A stretch of DNA of 62,960 nt, counting the filler, from Bigelowiella natans CCMP2755 (Eukaryota; Protista; Cercozoa): the NCBI GenBank assembly GCA_000320545.1. It is 7 parts of 7 records of this genome, joined end to end, with 100 filler letters (N's around TTAATTAATTAA, not from the genome) between each part and the next. Parts side by side here need not be neighbours in the genome. Positions count along the whole stretch, not along the records: positions 23,319 to 43,887 come from ADNK01000128.1; 6 more parts are not named here. One strand, 5' to 3'. The translations under genes and the position numbers were made by a program. The notes beneath the pieces were generated by a model that had not been told where the DNA came from, searched no databases, and saw nothing but the letters and a program-made list of their open reading frames with translations. Positions 24,315 through 34,780 of this stretch are shown here, in pieces (positions within the stretch are counted from its first letter, which is position 1; each line of letters starts with the position of its first letter).

Positions 24315-25274
24315 TTAAAAATTTAAATCTACTTCAAAGATGTCTTCTTTGTTCTCGTTTAATACATTAGCAGATTGGTAGTTGCTTTCTCTACTCTCAA
24401 AGAAATTGGTCTTGCCTTGTAAATCCAGTCTTTCCATCCAGGTCAAAGGATTACTCACATTGTGGATTGTATCATAACCTAATTTGAGTAATATGTTGTC
24501 TATTGTGAATTTGATATAGTCTAACATCATATCCGCATTCATTCCTAACAATCTAACAGGCAATGCTTGTGTGATGAAGTCTCGCTCAATACATAGTGCC
24601 TTATCAAACAAGACCGCTACTTCTGCTTGTGATAGTCTCTTCTCTAACTTATTGTATAGCATAATACTGAAACTATAATGTAGGTTCTCATCTCTGCTGA
24701 TAAATTCATTAGATAAAGTTAGACCTTTTAATATACCTTTCTGCTTGAAGTAGTAAATACAAGCGAACGAGGAAGCGAAGAATATGCCTTCAAAGATGAC
24801 CTGACATATCAATTTATGCTGTATGGAGTTGTACAACAAGACCTGTTTCCTACAGAAGTTAATTTTTTGTTCTATGATAGGATTATTCTTTACAGCATTT
24901 ATCAAATCCTCTTTCTCTTTTTTATCTTTTATCAAAGTATCTATCTGTAGATTGTATGTTTCTGTGTGTATATTTTCCATTTGCCTTTGAAAGTCGTAGC
25001 ACATACGAATTTCTAATGCCTTAAACTCATCGTATAGATTCCTATTTATCATTTCATTCACTTCAATATCACTATTCGCAAAGAAGATGAGGGTATATTT
25101 TAAATACTTTTGTTCGTCCTGACTTAATTTGGAGAAGTCATCGGCATCATTACTGAAATCTATTTCTTCGGCGGTCCAGTATCCTGCTTGTTGTATCTTG
25201 TAGGCATTCCATATGTCTTTGTGCCTGATTGGAAAGAGAGAAGTTCTATCAACATCTTTGAGTATACTATTCAT
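24315..25274 (-). CDS. Ribonucleotide reductase class Ia small subunit (R2), 319 aa
   Basis: FPI..DIW..YK...WTAEEID, FFANSD, ENIHTETY (radical Tyr), EGIFFASSF, ISRDENLH, KTNFFE.R..NYQ, C-terminal F...NF. Confidence 0.96.
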   Translation of the reverse strand: MNSILKDVDRTSLFPIRHKDIWNAYKIQQAGYWTAEEIDFSNDADDFSKLSQDEQKYLKYTLIFFANSDIEVNEMINRNLYDEFKALEIRMCYDFQRQMENIHTETYNLQIDTLIKDKKEKEDLINAVKNNPIIEQKINFCRKQVLLYNSIQHKLICQVIFEGIFFASSFACIYYFKQKGILKGLTLSNEFISRDENLHYSFSIMLYNKLEKRLSQAEVAVLFDKALCIERDFITQALPVRLLGMNADMMLDYIKFTIDNILLKLGYDTIHNVSNPLTWMERLDLQGKTNFFESRESNYQSANVLNENKEDIFEVDLNF

Positions 25275-25307
25275 ATATATATTATACTACATATTTTTAT
25301 ATTTAAT

Positions 25308-25538
25308 TTAATATTGTGTTTCAACACCTTCCGAGGGTGTTCTAAAGTGTTGAAAATGAAATTTGGAATAAATATATATTAACAATTTATTATTTGACAT
25401 ATTACATATATTCTTCTTAATCATAAGATAGCATCGACTTTGCTTCCATCTTCCACACTGACCTGTCAAAACCACTCCAGCGTCATCCTTTCTGTATGTG
25501 GTGAAATTGTCCGGGAGCTGCTTCACGATTAACTCCAT
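25308..25538 (-). CDS. Hypothetical viral protein, 76 aa
   Basis: ATG in AT-rich context within the packed viral gene array; no motif recognised. Confidence 0.4.
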   Translation of the reverse strand: MELIVKQLPDNFTTYRKDDAGVVLTGQCGRWKQSRCYLMIKKNICNMSNNKLLIYIYSKFHFQHFRTPSEGVETQY

Positions 25539-25792
25539 ATTAACTTTATCATATTCCTATATTATTAATTTACATATTTTTTTTTGAAATTTAATTTGTT
25601 GAGGAACTTAAGTTTAGGACTATGGTTAAGTCTGCGGAAATTGTGAGTTAAACACCCTGAATAACTTTGATGTAGGTATTCATCTATCATACTTATTATT
25701 CCTTTGGTTAATCCCTTGTGTATGAGTATTCGTTCTATTTCTTTATCCTTTAAAATAAACTACATATATTTTATATCTCACATTATGTATAT

Positions 25793-26877
25793 ATGGACCA
25801 GAAACAACCTTATAGTAGTGAAAGCAGTACTGATGATGATGATACTGATACTGAAACTGAAATGCCTAAAAAGTCAAACGGAAAAAGATAGTCAAACGAA
25901 AGAAGAAACCAACCATACTGGGAAGTTTAATCGGCAAGAAGAGTAAGGATTTAGTAGATGAACTGACCAGGGAGAAAAAGCAAGACCCTGAAGTAAAAGC
26001 AACCCACAACGATGCCTATGGGTATCCAGGTAAGCGAGGACAGATGGACTTGCTCTATCTACCTAATGATAGTGGGTTTAGATATTTATTAGTAGCAGTA
26101 GATAATCATACAAAACAAACTGATGCTATACCTCTACGATACAGAACTGCTGAAGCGGTAAGAAAAGCGATAGACAAGATATATTACGAGAACAAGGTAT
26201 TAAAACCGCCGAAAATCCTTCAGGTAGATGCTGGTAGTGAGTTTAAAAAAGGATTGGATGGGTATTTGAGAGAGAAAGGTATATATTTAAGAAGAGCAGG
26301 TGTTGCAAGGCATAGTCAACAGGCAAATGTGGAAGCACGAAATAAGAGTATCGGTAGTATCATCATTAAAACTCAGTTGGTGAAAGAATTAGAGAACGAT
26401 AAAGTAAGTAAGCAGTGGTTAAAGTTATTACCTGACATATTGAAGAAGTTGAACGAGAATGCTAAGGTGAAGAAGTTGAAGCAGACAGGAGAAGTTCCTT
26501 GTAAGGAAGGTGGTGATTGTGATTTGTACGAGGTCGGCAAGAAGGTGAGATACAAATTGGATTATCCTGTGAATTTTAAAGGAGAGAAACAAATAGGCAA
26601 TTTCAGGGAGGGCGACATAAGATATTCGTTGAAACCGCACAAAATTGAAAACATATTATTATTACCTGACCGACCAGTAAGATATATTTTGGAAGGTGTT
26701 TTAGACAAAACTTTCAGCAAGAATCAACTGAAACCTGCTGAAAACGAAATAGTCAAAAAAGCAATTGAGAAAAAAACACCGAAACCGAGGGAGAAGTGGA
26801 CCGATGAACCTGTTGAAATACGGACAAGTAATCGAAAAAGAAAGCAAGTTGATAGGGGATTTTTCGTGGATATTTAG
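25793..26877 (+). CDS. Retroviral-type (rve) integrase of virophage/polinton type; N-terminus split by a 1-nt frameshift at ~25870
   Basis: DDE triad QMDLL / LQVDAGSEF / NVEARNK plus RYLLVAVD. The frame stays open upstream of 26044 to ~25872, and restoring one A in the A5 run joins it to ATG 25793. Confidence 0.88.
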
Positions 26878-26939
26878 TGAAAATGCCAAGAAACTCTTAG
26901 AAATGGCGAAATTTCAATTCAGCAGAAGGGTGATTTGTG

Positions 26940-28847
26940 ATGGACAACAGCTTCTGGAGCTTACTCGGACTGAGCGATTGCAATCGCGATGCTCCCACAG
27001 GAACAGAATGCAGTGTGGATGAGTATGCAAATATTCTAGAGACAAATTCATTCATACTGTTGGCAGGATTTGTGCTCTTTTTCGTTTTTGCTCTGTGTGT
27101 CGTTGTATTTGGATGTTTTTGCGGACGGAGTAAAAGGCCAAGAACCTCTTCTGAGAAAGCTGACCATTCCAATCCTTCGACTAGAAAATCAGGAAACATT
27201 GATGCTGTTAAAAAACCTGTTGTTAAAAAACCTGTTGTTAAAAAACCTGTTGTCAAAATACCAGCACTAACAAAGAGTAAGAAAGAAGAACTGAAGAGAC
27301 TGCGAGACCAATACGAAAAACTCACTGTAGATATGAGAAAACAAATGGAATCTGACATAAATGATGGATTTGCTGGGGACGAGAAAGAAGCAAGAAGAAA
27401 AGTCAACGAAATGCCCCAAATCGCCACAAGAGTTTGGACAGCAAAAGCAATACGGGGTGCGGTTCAGCTAAAATTGAAAGTGTTGAGGGATAAGTTCCAG
27501 CAAAAGGTCAATCAAGGATACATCATACAGAAAGACCTTGACAACAGTCTAAAGGACATCCATCAAGGGGAAAATATTGATATTTCCACAAAAAAATGGA
27601 TAATAGACTACAGCGAATTATGGCAGGAATGGCAGGAACACAAGCAATTAGAAATGGAACACACGGAGTTAGATAGGTTCGTGGTGCCAGGATGGATGCA
27701 CGAATATGCTCTTTGCACTTGTAAGGCATTTCAAATTGAAGACGAATACACAAAAGCACAGGAACGACAGAAGAAAGAAAAGGAGGAAGCAGAGAGAAGA
27801 AAAAAAGAAGAAGCAGAAAGACAGCGACTGGAAGCAGAAAGAAAGAAGAAAGAAGAAGCACAAAGAAGGAAGAAAGAAGAAGCACAAAGAAGGAAGAGAG
27901 AAGAAGCGGAAAGAAGGAAGAAAGAAGAAGCGGAAAGAAGGAAGAAAGAAGCAGAGCGGAAACAAAAAATTTTGGAGGGAAAGATGTGGGGGAAAATCCC
28001 TGATATGAATACTGAGAGGAGTGGTTTGGGTGTGGCCGTTGGGGATGGCAAACTGTTTGCTGTTGGTGGGTATGATGGTAGTAATCGTCTCAACTCTGGG
28101 GAGTATCTGGATTTGAATAATATGGAAGCGGGGTGGACGAAAATCCCTGATATGAATACTGAGAGGAGTTGTTTGGGTGTGGCTGTTGGGAATGGCAAAC
28201 TGTTTGCTGTTGGTGGGAGTGCTGGTTATAAAAAAAAACACAAATCTGGGGAGTATCTGGATTTGAAGAATGTGGATGCGGGGTGGACGAAAATCCCTGA
28301 TATGAATAGTAAGAGGCAGGTTTTGGGTGTGGCTGTTGGGGGTGGCAAACTGTTTGCTGTTGGTGGGGATGATGGTAGTAATAATCTCAAATCTGGGGAG
28401 TATCTGGATTTGAATAATATGAAAGCGGGGTGGAAGAAAATCCCTGATATGAATACTAAGAGGAGTGGTTTCAGTGTGGCCGTTGGGGATGGCAAACTGT
28501 TTGCTGTTGGTGGGTTTGATGAAAAATCTGGGGAGTATCTGGATTTGAAGAATATGTCGGCGGGGTGGACGAAAATCCCTGATATGAATACTAAGAGGGA
28601 ATATTTGGGTGTGGCCGTTTGGGATGGCAAACTGTTTGCTGTTGGTGGGTATTATTATGAAGACGGTTGTAATTATCTCAAATCTGGGGAGTATCTGGAT
28701 TTGAAGGATGTGGGTGCGGGGTGGAAGAAAATCCCTGATATGAATACTAAGAGGAGAGAATTGGGTGTGGCCGTTGGGGATGGCAAACTGTTTGCTGTTG
28801 GTGGTAGTGCTCACAAATCAGGGGAGTATCTTCGCATCGCTATGTAG
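26940..28847 (+). CDS. Membrane-anchored Kelch beta-propeller protein (TM - helical domain - EK/ER single alpha-helix - 6 Kelch repeats), intronless
   Basis: TM FILLAGFVLFFVFALCVVVF plus Cys cluster; KKPVV three times; KKEEAERR repeats; six W.KIPDMNT.R..LGVAV.DGKLFAVGG...SGEYL units. Confidence 0.92.
   Translation: MDNSFWSLLGLSDCNRDAPTGTECSVDEYANILETNSFILLAGFVLFFVFALCVVVFGCFCGRSKRPRTSSEKADHSNPSTRKSGNIDAVKKPVVKKPVVKKPVVKIPALTKSKKEELKRLRDQYEKLTVDMRKQMESDINDGFAGDEKEARRKVNEMPQIATRVWTAKAIRGAVQLKLKVLRDKFQQKVNQGYIIQKDLDNSLKDIHQGENIDISTKKWIIDYSELWQEWQEHKQLEMEHTELDRFVVPGWMHEYALCTCKAFQIEDEYTKAQERQKKEKEEAERRKKEEAERQRLEAERKKKEEAQRRKKEEAQRRKREEAERRKKEEAERRKKEAERKQKILEGKMWGKIPDMNTERSGLGVAVGDGKLFAVGGYDGSNRLNSGEYLDLNNMEAGWTKIPDMNTERSCLGVAVGNGKLFAVGGSAGYKKKHKSGEYLDLKNVDAGWTKIPDMNSKRQVLGVAVGGGKLFAVGGDDGSNNLKSGEYLDLNNMKAGWKKIPDMNTKRSGFSVAVGDGKLFAVGGFDEKSGEYLDLKNMSAGWTKIPDMNTKREYLGVAVWDGKLFAVGGYYYEDGCNYLKSGEYLDLKDVGAGWKKIPDMNTKRRELGVAVGDGKLFAVGGSAHKSGEYLRIAM
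27987..28835 (+). repeat. Six near-identical Kelch-coding tandem repeats (147, 150, 147, 135, 156 bp + final partial)
   Basis: Units start at 27987, 28134, 28284, 28431, 28566 and 28722; aaaatccctgatatgaat and ggcaaactgtttgctgttggtgg are invariant. Confidence 0.95.
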
Positions 28848-28891
28848 ACTGCTTCCGCACACACACCGGGTCCAGTCTGGAGAAAATATGG

Positions 28892-29089
28892 TTATTTATA
28901 GCCATCTACAACTTCGCTCATTAGACAAATGTGGACTTCCATCAGTTTATCTCTCAGTTTGCGATAGAATTCAGGATTCAGTTCGGCTTTTAGTTCATCT
29001 ATTACGAGGACGATTTCACTAAGTTTATAGTCAACATCATAGATTTTATCTGCTGTGCTACTTTTATTTACTTGATTAATATTACTCAT
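28892..29089 (-). CDS. Hypothetical viral protein (~65 aa)
   Basis: MSNINQVNK...VVDGYK*, AT-rich viral codon style. Confidence 0.5.
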   Translation of the reverse strand: MSNINQVNKSSTADKIYDVDYKLSEIVLVIDELKAELNPEFYRKLRDKLMEVHICLMSEVVDGYK

Positions 29090-29194
29090 ATTAATCTTAT
29101 AGTGAGACAATTCTTTAAATAGAAATCATAGTTGGATGTTTGTAAAACTGGAATCCTTTTGCTAATAGCTTATGTTGTTAAGTATGTATGTTGT

Positions 29195-29345
29195 AGCAGT
29201 CGCATATCTATTAGTATATCGCTTCGTAATAGCAGTGTATTAGCACGGCATATCGCTTCGTAATAGCAGTCGCATATAGCAGTCGCATATCGCTTCGTAA
29301 TAGCAGTCGCATATTTATCAGCATATTGCTTCGGCACGGCATATG
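29195..29345. repeat. Subterminal modular repeat block A (AGCAGTCGCATAT / CGCTTCGTAAT / GCACGGCATAT)
   Basis: Short units repeated 3-5 times in shuffled order. Confidence 0.8.
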
Positions 29346-29355
29346 TGTCTGTTTT

Positions 29356-29973
29356 TCAAACGACATTCTTTTTTAGTTGTGTTATTTTTTCTGGATAATT
29401 GTATGATAGATAAATGGAATATTTGTTTTTGTATTTTCTTTTTAACAAATCATAACAGAAATCAAATAATTCTTTGTGTCTTTTAGAAATGTTTTTGAAT
29501 TTTCTCATTTTTTTAATTTTCAAAAACAACTTGATTAATCCTTCAAAGCCTAATTTATTTTTGTAAATTTCAAAAAAATCGTGGAAACTGATTGATTTTT
29601 TAGCTCTTAATTTGAGACTTAAACTGTGCGAATATTTTGTTTTGTTTAATTGTTGTAAAACTCGTTTTTTTTCATTTAGGTAATTGTAAAGACCATATGA
29701 AAAGAGTTTTTCGTTCGTTGAAAAGTTGGCAGATGCTTCCACATCAACATTTTTATATTCACTTAATTCACTATATTTGTTTTTGAGGTATATGACATTA
29801 CAAGTTTCTAAATTTATGAAACTTCTACAATATCGTTGACAAGAAATCATACATTTTTTATGCTTACCTATCGCACAACTTTTCAGAGATTTCCATTCTT
29901 CAATAGCATTCTCAATGTCATTAGATTTAGAAAGAATTAATAATTTTTTCACCAATTCGTTAGATTTGTTCAT
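29356..29973 (-). CDS. Hypothetical Lys-rich viral protein, 205 aa, with an N-terminal Cys cluster
   Basis: Long, very AT-rich ORF; A..EW...C....KC..C...C...N..T.N. Confidence 0.6.
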   Translation of the reverse strand: MNKSNELVKKLLILSKSNDIENAIEEWKSLKSCAIGKHKKCMISCQRYCRSFINLETCNVIYLKNKYSELSEYKNVDVEASANFSTNEKLFSYGLYNYLNEKKRVLQQLNKTKYSHSLSLKLRAKKSISFHDFFEIYKNKLGFEGLIKLFLKIKKMRKFKNISKRHKELFDFCYDLLKRKYKNKYSIYLSYNYPEKITQLKKNVV

Positions 29974-30045
29974 AACTAACTTACATATAACACATTTCTT
30001 TATATACTTTTTCGTATGAGCATCTCACAACACAATGCTATCAAA

Positions 30046-30200
30046 CCAGTCGCATATTAGTCAGCAGTCGCATAGCACGGCACATAGCACCGCAAATCGC
30101 TTCGCACGGCACGGCACATAGCACGGCATATCGCTTCGCAACATACATACATACATAGCACGGCATATCGCTTCGCACGGCATAGCACATCGCATATAAT
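30046..30200. repeat. Subterminal modular repeat block B (AGCACGGCA(C/T)AT / CGCTTCGCA / CAGTCGCAT)
   Basis: Same unit vocabulary as block A; CAGTCGCAT recurs at 30441. Confidence 0.8.
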
Positions 30201-32116
30201 GACATCGTATGCTTCTTCATTTTTTTTCAGACCCCCACTTTAATTAGTGTTTTTTTCTAACCTCATTCATTTTATAACTAATGAGGGCTTATGGGGCATT
30301 TCAAAAACCAAACTTTTTAATATATATATATATATATATATTAAAATACTTACATACTTTATATATATAACCCCCGCCCCCGGAAAACACCCCCTGGGAA
30401 ACATGAGTATAATAAGGTAATATGATACAGCATAATGATACAGTCGCATAATGCTGTCGCATCGCTTTGCGAGCAGGTGGGCTCTGCCCACATCGCAGAT
30501 ACCGCCATTGGCGGTTATAATAATTATTATTATTATTACTTACACATCACACACACCATCATCATGAAATCATGTGCTGGTGTCTCCAACCGACTCGTGT
30601 TGCTAATGGCATTGCAACTGCTTGCTTTTGCAATGGTGTTGATTCATGACATGGACATTGCTGCCAAGTGCAGTGCCAGTGCATGCTTCGTTGAAGGGGT
30701 CTAGGCATTGCAGTCTCCTCGCCATCAATGGTTTATCAATCCAGCAATCGATGATGATGATGATGATCATGATGATGATACCGAGAACGGTCGTTCACAT
30801 GTGCGTTGCCACAGCACGTTCTCCAGCCCACACGTCAATGCGAGCCAAGGCATTGCATGGATTTTTGGAGCTCCAGGAACGGTGCTACCATGAGTTGCCA
30901 CTGTCTCAATGTGTTTCCGTTCTTTTGGGCCCAGGGCAAGGATTTTTGCTTCAATATGCGCAGTGGTAGCAGCAGAATCATCTCCCAAGTCTGGAACCAC
31001 AGGATCGAAACAGTGTGACTTTGGGGATCAGATTGTGATCTGTGTAGTCGATCTCGTCCACACATGAGCGCATGAACAGTCAGTTAACATGCCCGCAATG
31101 GTTCCCCCTCTCACCTACTATAGTTACTTGATGTCTGCATCCCCATGCTTCTCTTCCTCCCAAATTTCGTCATCGGGCCCACAGGGGCTCACGTCTTCAT
31201 GCTCCACTGTTTTGTCTTTTTCGATGTCGAAACCCACTTTCTCGACCTCCTTTCGAACTCTTCTTCCGCACATCATATTCCTCTAATTGAGCAAGTCAAC
31301 ATGGGCCCTCCAATTCATCCTTCTCTTCAGTCAGGTGTGTGCGAGGATTCGAAGAGATGCTCATCATTGTCAGGTTCGTAGTGCACACACTCCTCACCCT
31401 CACCACATTCCCTATCTACTCAATCTAACAAGCTAGCATTTAACATCAACTCTTGAACTCCTGTCTTGGCCATCAATGGTTCTGATTATCATCCAACCGC
31501 ATGTGTGCATTGGTGCCGATCCACCCCGGTCCTCCTGCGAGCACGAATGTTTGTTTGTTTTTAGTTTAAGTTAGATGTTAGGAGTCCTTTGGAGTTGTCG
31601 TTGGGTCAAAACACCCATGCCAGGCGGAAGACTCAGGCGTCGCAAATGGGCCTGCTTTTCTTCGATTTATCGGAGGCGACTGGCCGGTTTTCATCTATAA
31701 TTCGCATGGCAGGTGCAGAGCGTGGGAGCGGAGCGTCATACTCGCTTTCATGCTGAGCAGAACCAATTGCTGATACAGCTCATCTATCACTCCAGCGCTG
31801 AGAACGGGTGCTTGGAGCCCACCCTATCCACTTGAATGCTATTCTAGAGTAAGCACTCTCTTACGGCTAAGCACAAGCGGCTCAGTTAAACAGTAGCAAC
31901 CGCAGCCGATTGGGGGGTTGCTGTTGCAGTCATAGGATCTTCTCCAAAAGGAAGGGTTCGACGCATTATGGGTATGGGAAATATTTTGATTCTCACACAT
32001 CACCAGGGGTTGAATAAAATACATTTTCCTATTTTCCAGCCGTCAAAACCCCAACCAAAGCTTTGCCGGTCTACACGCCACGATGCAAAGCTGTAGCTAG
32101 CACTGCTGCATGCTTG

Positions 32117-33384
32117 ATGCTACTCGCCCTTATCCTTGTTTTGGAGTGGCCCAGAGCGTGCTCTCCTTCGGGATCTCCAAATGACGGCGATATTATCTTG
32201 CAAATTGAAGCAGAGAGCGATTCAGAGAGGTATAGCATTTCTACCTGCCATAATCGAGTAGATACTCTAGATAAGGGGAGACAGAGTAATGATAAGGAAA
32301 TTTGAACTCATGGCACCTGCTTTATATATTTGCTTTTAGTAAGTCACAACTTCAAGATATAGTGCGGAAACAGCAGGTTAGACACTGAGACTAAAATTTA
32401 TGAAGAATTTTTAAAGCAAGAATAATTTTCGTCGGAATTGCCCAGGAAATGGTTTGTCTGACGAAACTGTATGATATATTTCAGGAACGAATCAAGCAAC
32501 TTGAAAATGATTTATTAGCTGCTAATTCCGGACCTCGTGTAAGTTTAGAGCTGATGACGTCTGCTAATGACTTACATCAGCAGAAAGAAGGGCATCCGAA
32601 TACGAGCACCCTTCTCTTGATACCAGGTTTTGGTTGTAACAAGACAAAAACTTTTAATATCACACTTCGCAACTTAAGGAGCATCATGCAGAATACTAAA
32701 TCTAGCAGTGTGGATTGTCTTTTGGGGAGCTATGTAGCCCGTGATCTTTACTTTAAGGAGGAGTACACCCGCAAAATAATAACAGAAATAGAACAGATGT
32801 GCTACGTAACATATGCACCAGGAACGCAATATGCGGATTGGGAAAGATTCGTCCACCCAATGCTTCTGAAGAAAGCTGCATACACATATGTGATGCTCCT
32901 TGCAGATGACGTGGAGCTACTTAAATTTGACTTAGATCAGGCGATTCAGGCCATGCAACGGTGGGGTATGGACGTCATCTCACCTTCGGTGCACGGTTCT
33001 GTGCACCCAACCACACGGTATGATAAAAGAAGAGACCCAGCCTCGATTCTGAACGTCACCATGATAGAGGCATTCACGATGGTGTTTAATGTGAGAGCAT
33101 GGCAGTGCTGGTGGCAAGTATCTGACCACATATACCTCAGCAGAGGATGGGGTTCTGATCTCATATTCCGTGATCACTGCTTGAAAGTACACCCAGATAT
33201 AACCCTTGGGGTTTTGCCAGGGATGGAAGCTAAGCACTACGGCCATTGTTCTGGCTCGGTTGGAAACGTAAAATTACGTCCCAACAATAGGCATAAGCGA
33301 TCAAATATACAGTGGCATGAATGGCGACGTTTCAACTATAATCCTCCCCGTGGTGTGATAATCAACACGATCAAGCTCGAATAA
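32117..33384 (+). CDS. DUF707-like GT-A-fold putative glycosyltransferase with signal/anchor (exons 32117-32229, 32340-32376, 32485-33384)
   Basis: YTYVMLLADDVEL..FD...I..M...G.DVISP, IEAFTMVF...AWQCWW.......GWGSD match the DUF707 pattern; in-frame splicing; hydrophobic N-terminus. Confidence 0.65.
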
Positions 33385-33879
33385 GTTCGTCCTCGGATTC
33401 TCATTTTCATATTGTTATCACCACGTTGATTTTAAAGCCTGCGATAAAAATGCTTCGACTTTATTTGATGCCGTCTATTTGAGCAGCCCAGAAAGCATAT
33501 CTTACTTGTGTGATGCGATGTGCTGCCATTCCCAAAGGATAGACACATTCTTGACGGTGACGATGATGATTTGTGAGACGGATGCAATGAAGTGATTGAA
33601 CATTTTTAATAGTCTTCTCAATGTAGCCATGCAAAGCAGCGGCTACAGCGCTTGTGGTACGTTTGTCTCTGCTCTCACGTGCATCATGCAATTAGAAGCA
33701 TCTGTGCATGTCCTGTCGTCGATGTCCCGCAGTGCGCGCAGCGGTCCATGCTTCTTGTCCAGCTATTGTTCGTGGCATCGTCTCATCGTTTCGATTCATG
33801 ATTGCACTCAATTGGTTTTCCAATCTTAGCTGTTGGTGTTTGTGTGCTTTGCATTGAAGGAGATGATCCATGTCTTTCA

Positions 33880-34780
33880 CTTCCCTGAATTTGCAAGGAA
33901 GAATGAAAACGAAGGGTCGACAGCGGGAGATGTCTGGGATTGGTGTTTGATGAAAAGCTGACTTTTGAAAAACACGACCTTGCCACACATCCAACATTGC
34001 AGAAGAAGAGAACAAGGTTTCCATTGAGGTCGTGTTCGAGATTGCTTGAGCCGTCAAGTGTCACATTGAAACTTTGCAAAACGTGGTGCATTGCGACTAG
34101 CAGGTGTGCAGTGCCCATGTGGAGATCTCGAAAAGTGCACAGACACACAAGGTGATGGATTCCACGAAATCACAAACTTTGAAAAGGATTTCGGGACTGC
34201 CTGGCTAGCTGGACCTGTTTCCAACGACATTTCTCACGTTCTCGCTGCCACACTGCTGCAAACTGCCACCACGGTGACGAACAAAAGTGCAATGTGCAAA
34301 AACTTCATTGCGTGCCAACGCTTGGATCGATGATGGTGATGGCTGCACATTGGACGAAGAAGTGCAAATTTGGAGTGGCTTTGGTTTCCAAACACATTGA
34401 GGATGGAAGCCAGTGCAAGAAAGCACCTCTGTTTCGCCGCCCAGTTTGATCGCCAACGACCCACTGGGCGATGAACTTCCCACCATTCGAACGACAAAAT
34501 CAGCACTCAAAATAGATCTCAAAAAACGTCGTGAAACAAACAAGTTTGCTGCTTCACCTGCTTTTGACGAAGAAAAATTGTCCAGTGATTTGACCAGAGC
34601 TGCACAGCTGAAACACTTTGGTTTCCTTCCGTCCTCTCGCATCACAGGCATCAAGTTGAAATTGCCAAGCATTGCCATCTCATGGATGCGTGCCATCTGC
34701 AGGGTCGGCGACGTCCTGAGGACACGTGCAGGTTCTGTGTGCAACGATGTGGTGGTGCATGATGAGCAGTGCGTGTGACG
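33880..34780 (+). pseudogene. Decayed non-LTR retrotransposon (LINE; I/Jockey-like RT thumb and C-terminal region)
   Basis: RCLGLVFDEKLTFEKH...LKLCKT...RCAVPMW...LKRISGLP corresponds to LINE consensus (K/R)YLG..D.KLTF..H / LYK / YA.P.W / LR.I.G; stops and frameshifts present. Confidence 0.7.

Larger units (their letters stand above)
23319..30520. mobile_element. Endogenous (integrated) virophage, right-hand portion; left part lost in the gap, right boundary approximate (30400-30540)
   Basis: AT-rich, intronless, densely packed ORFs (MCP C-terminus, Tlr6F-like, RNR R2, rve integrase) with subterminal repeats, on the same contig as intron-containing host genes. Confidence 0.88.

Noticed and set aside
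27669-28814. 381-aa antisense repeat ORF
   Set aside because: Mirror of the Kelch repeats.
27987-28835. Kelch repeats as CRISPR array or DGR target
   Set aside because: In-frame coding repeats; variation is not adenine-restricted; no cas genes, template repeat or DGR RT seen.
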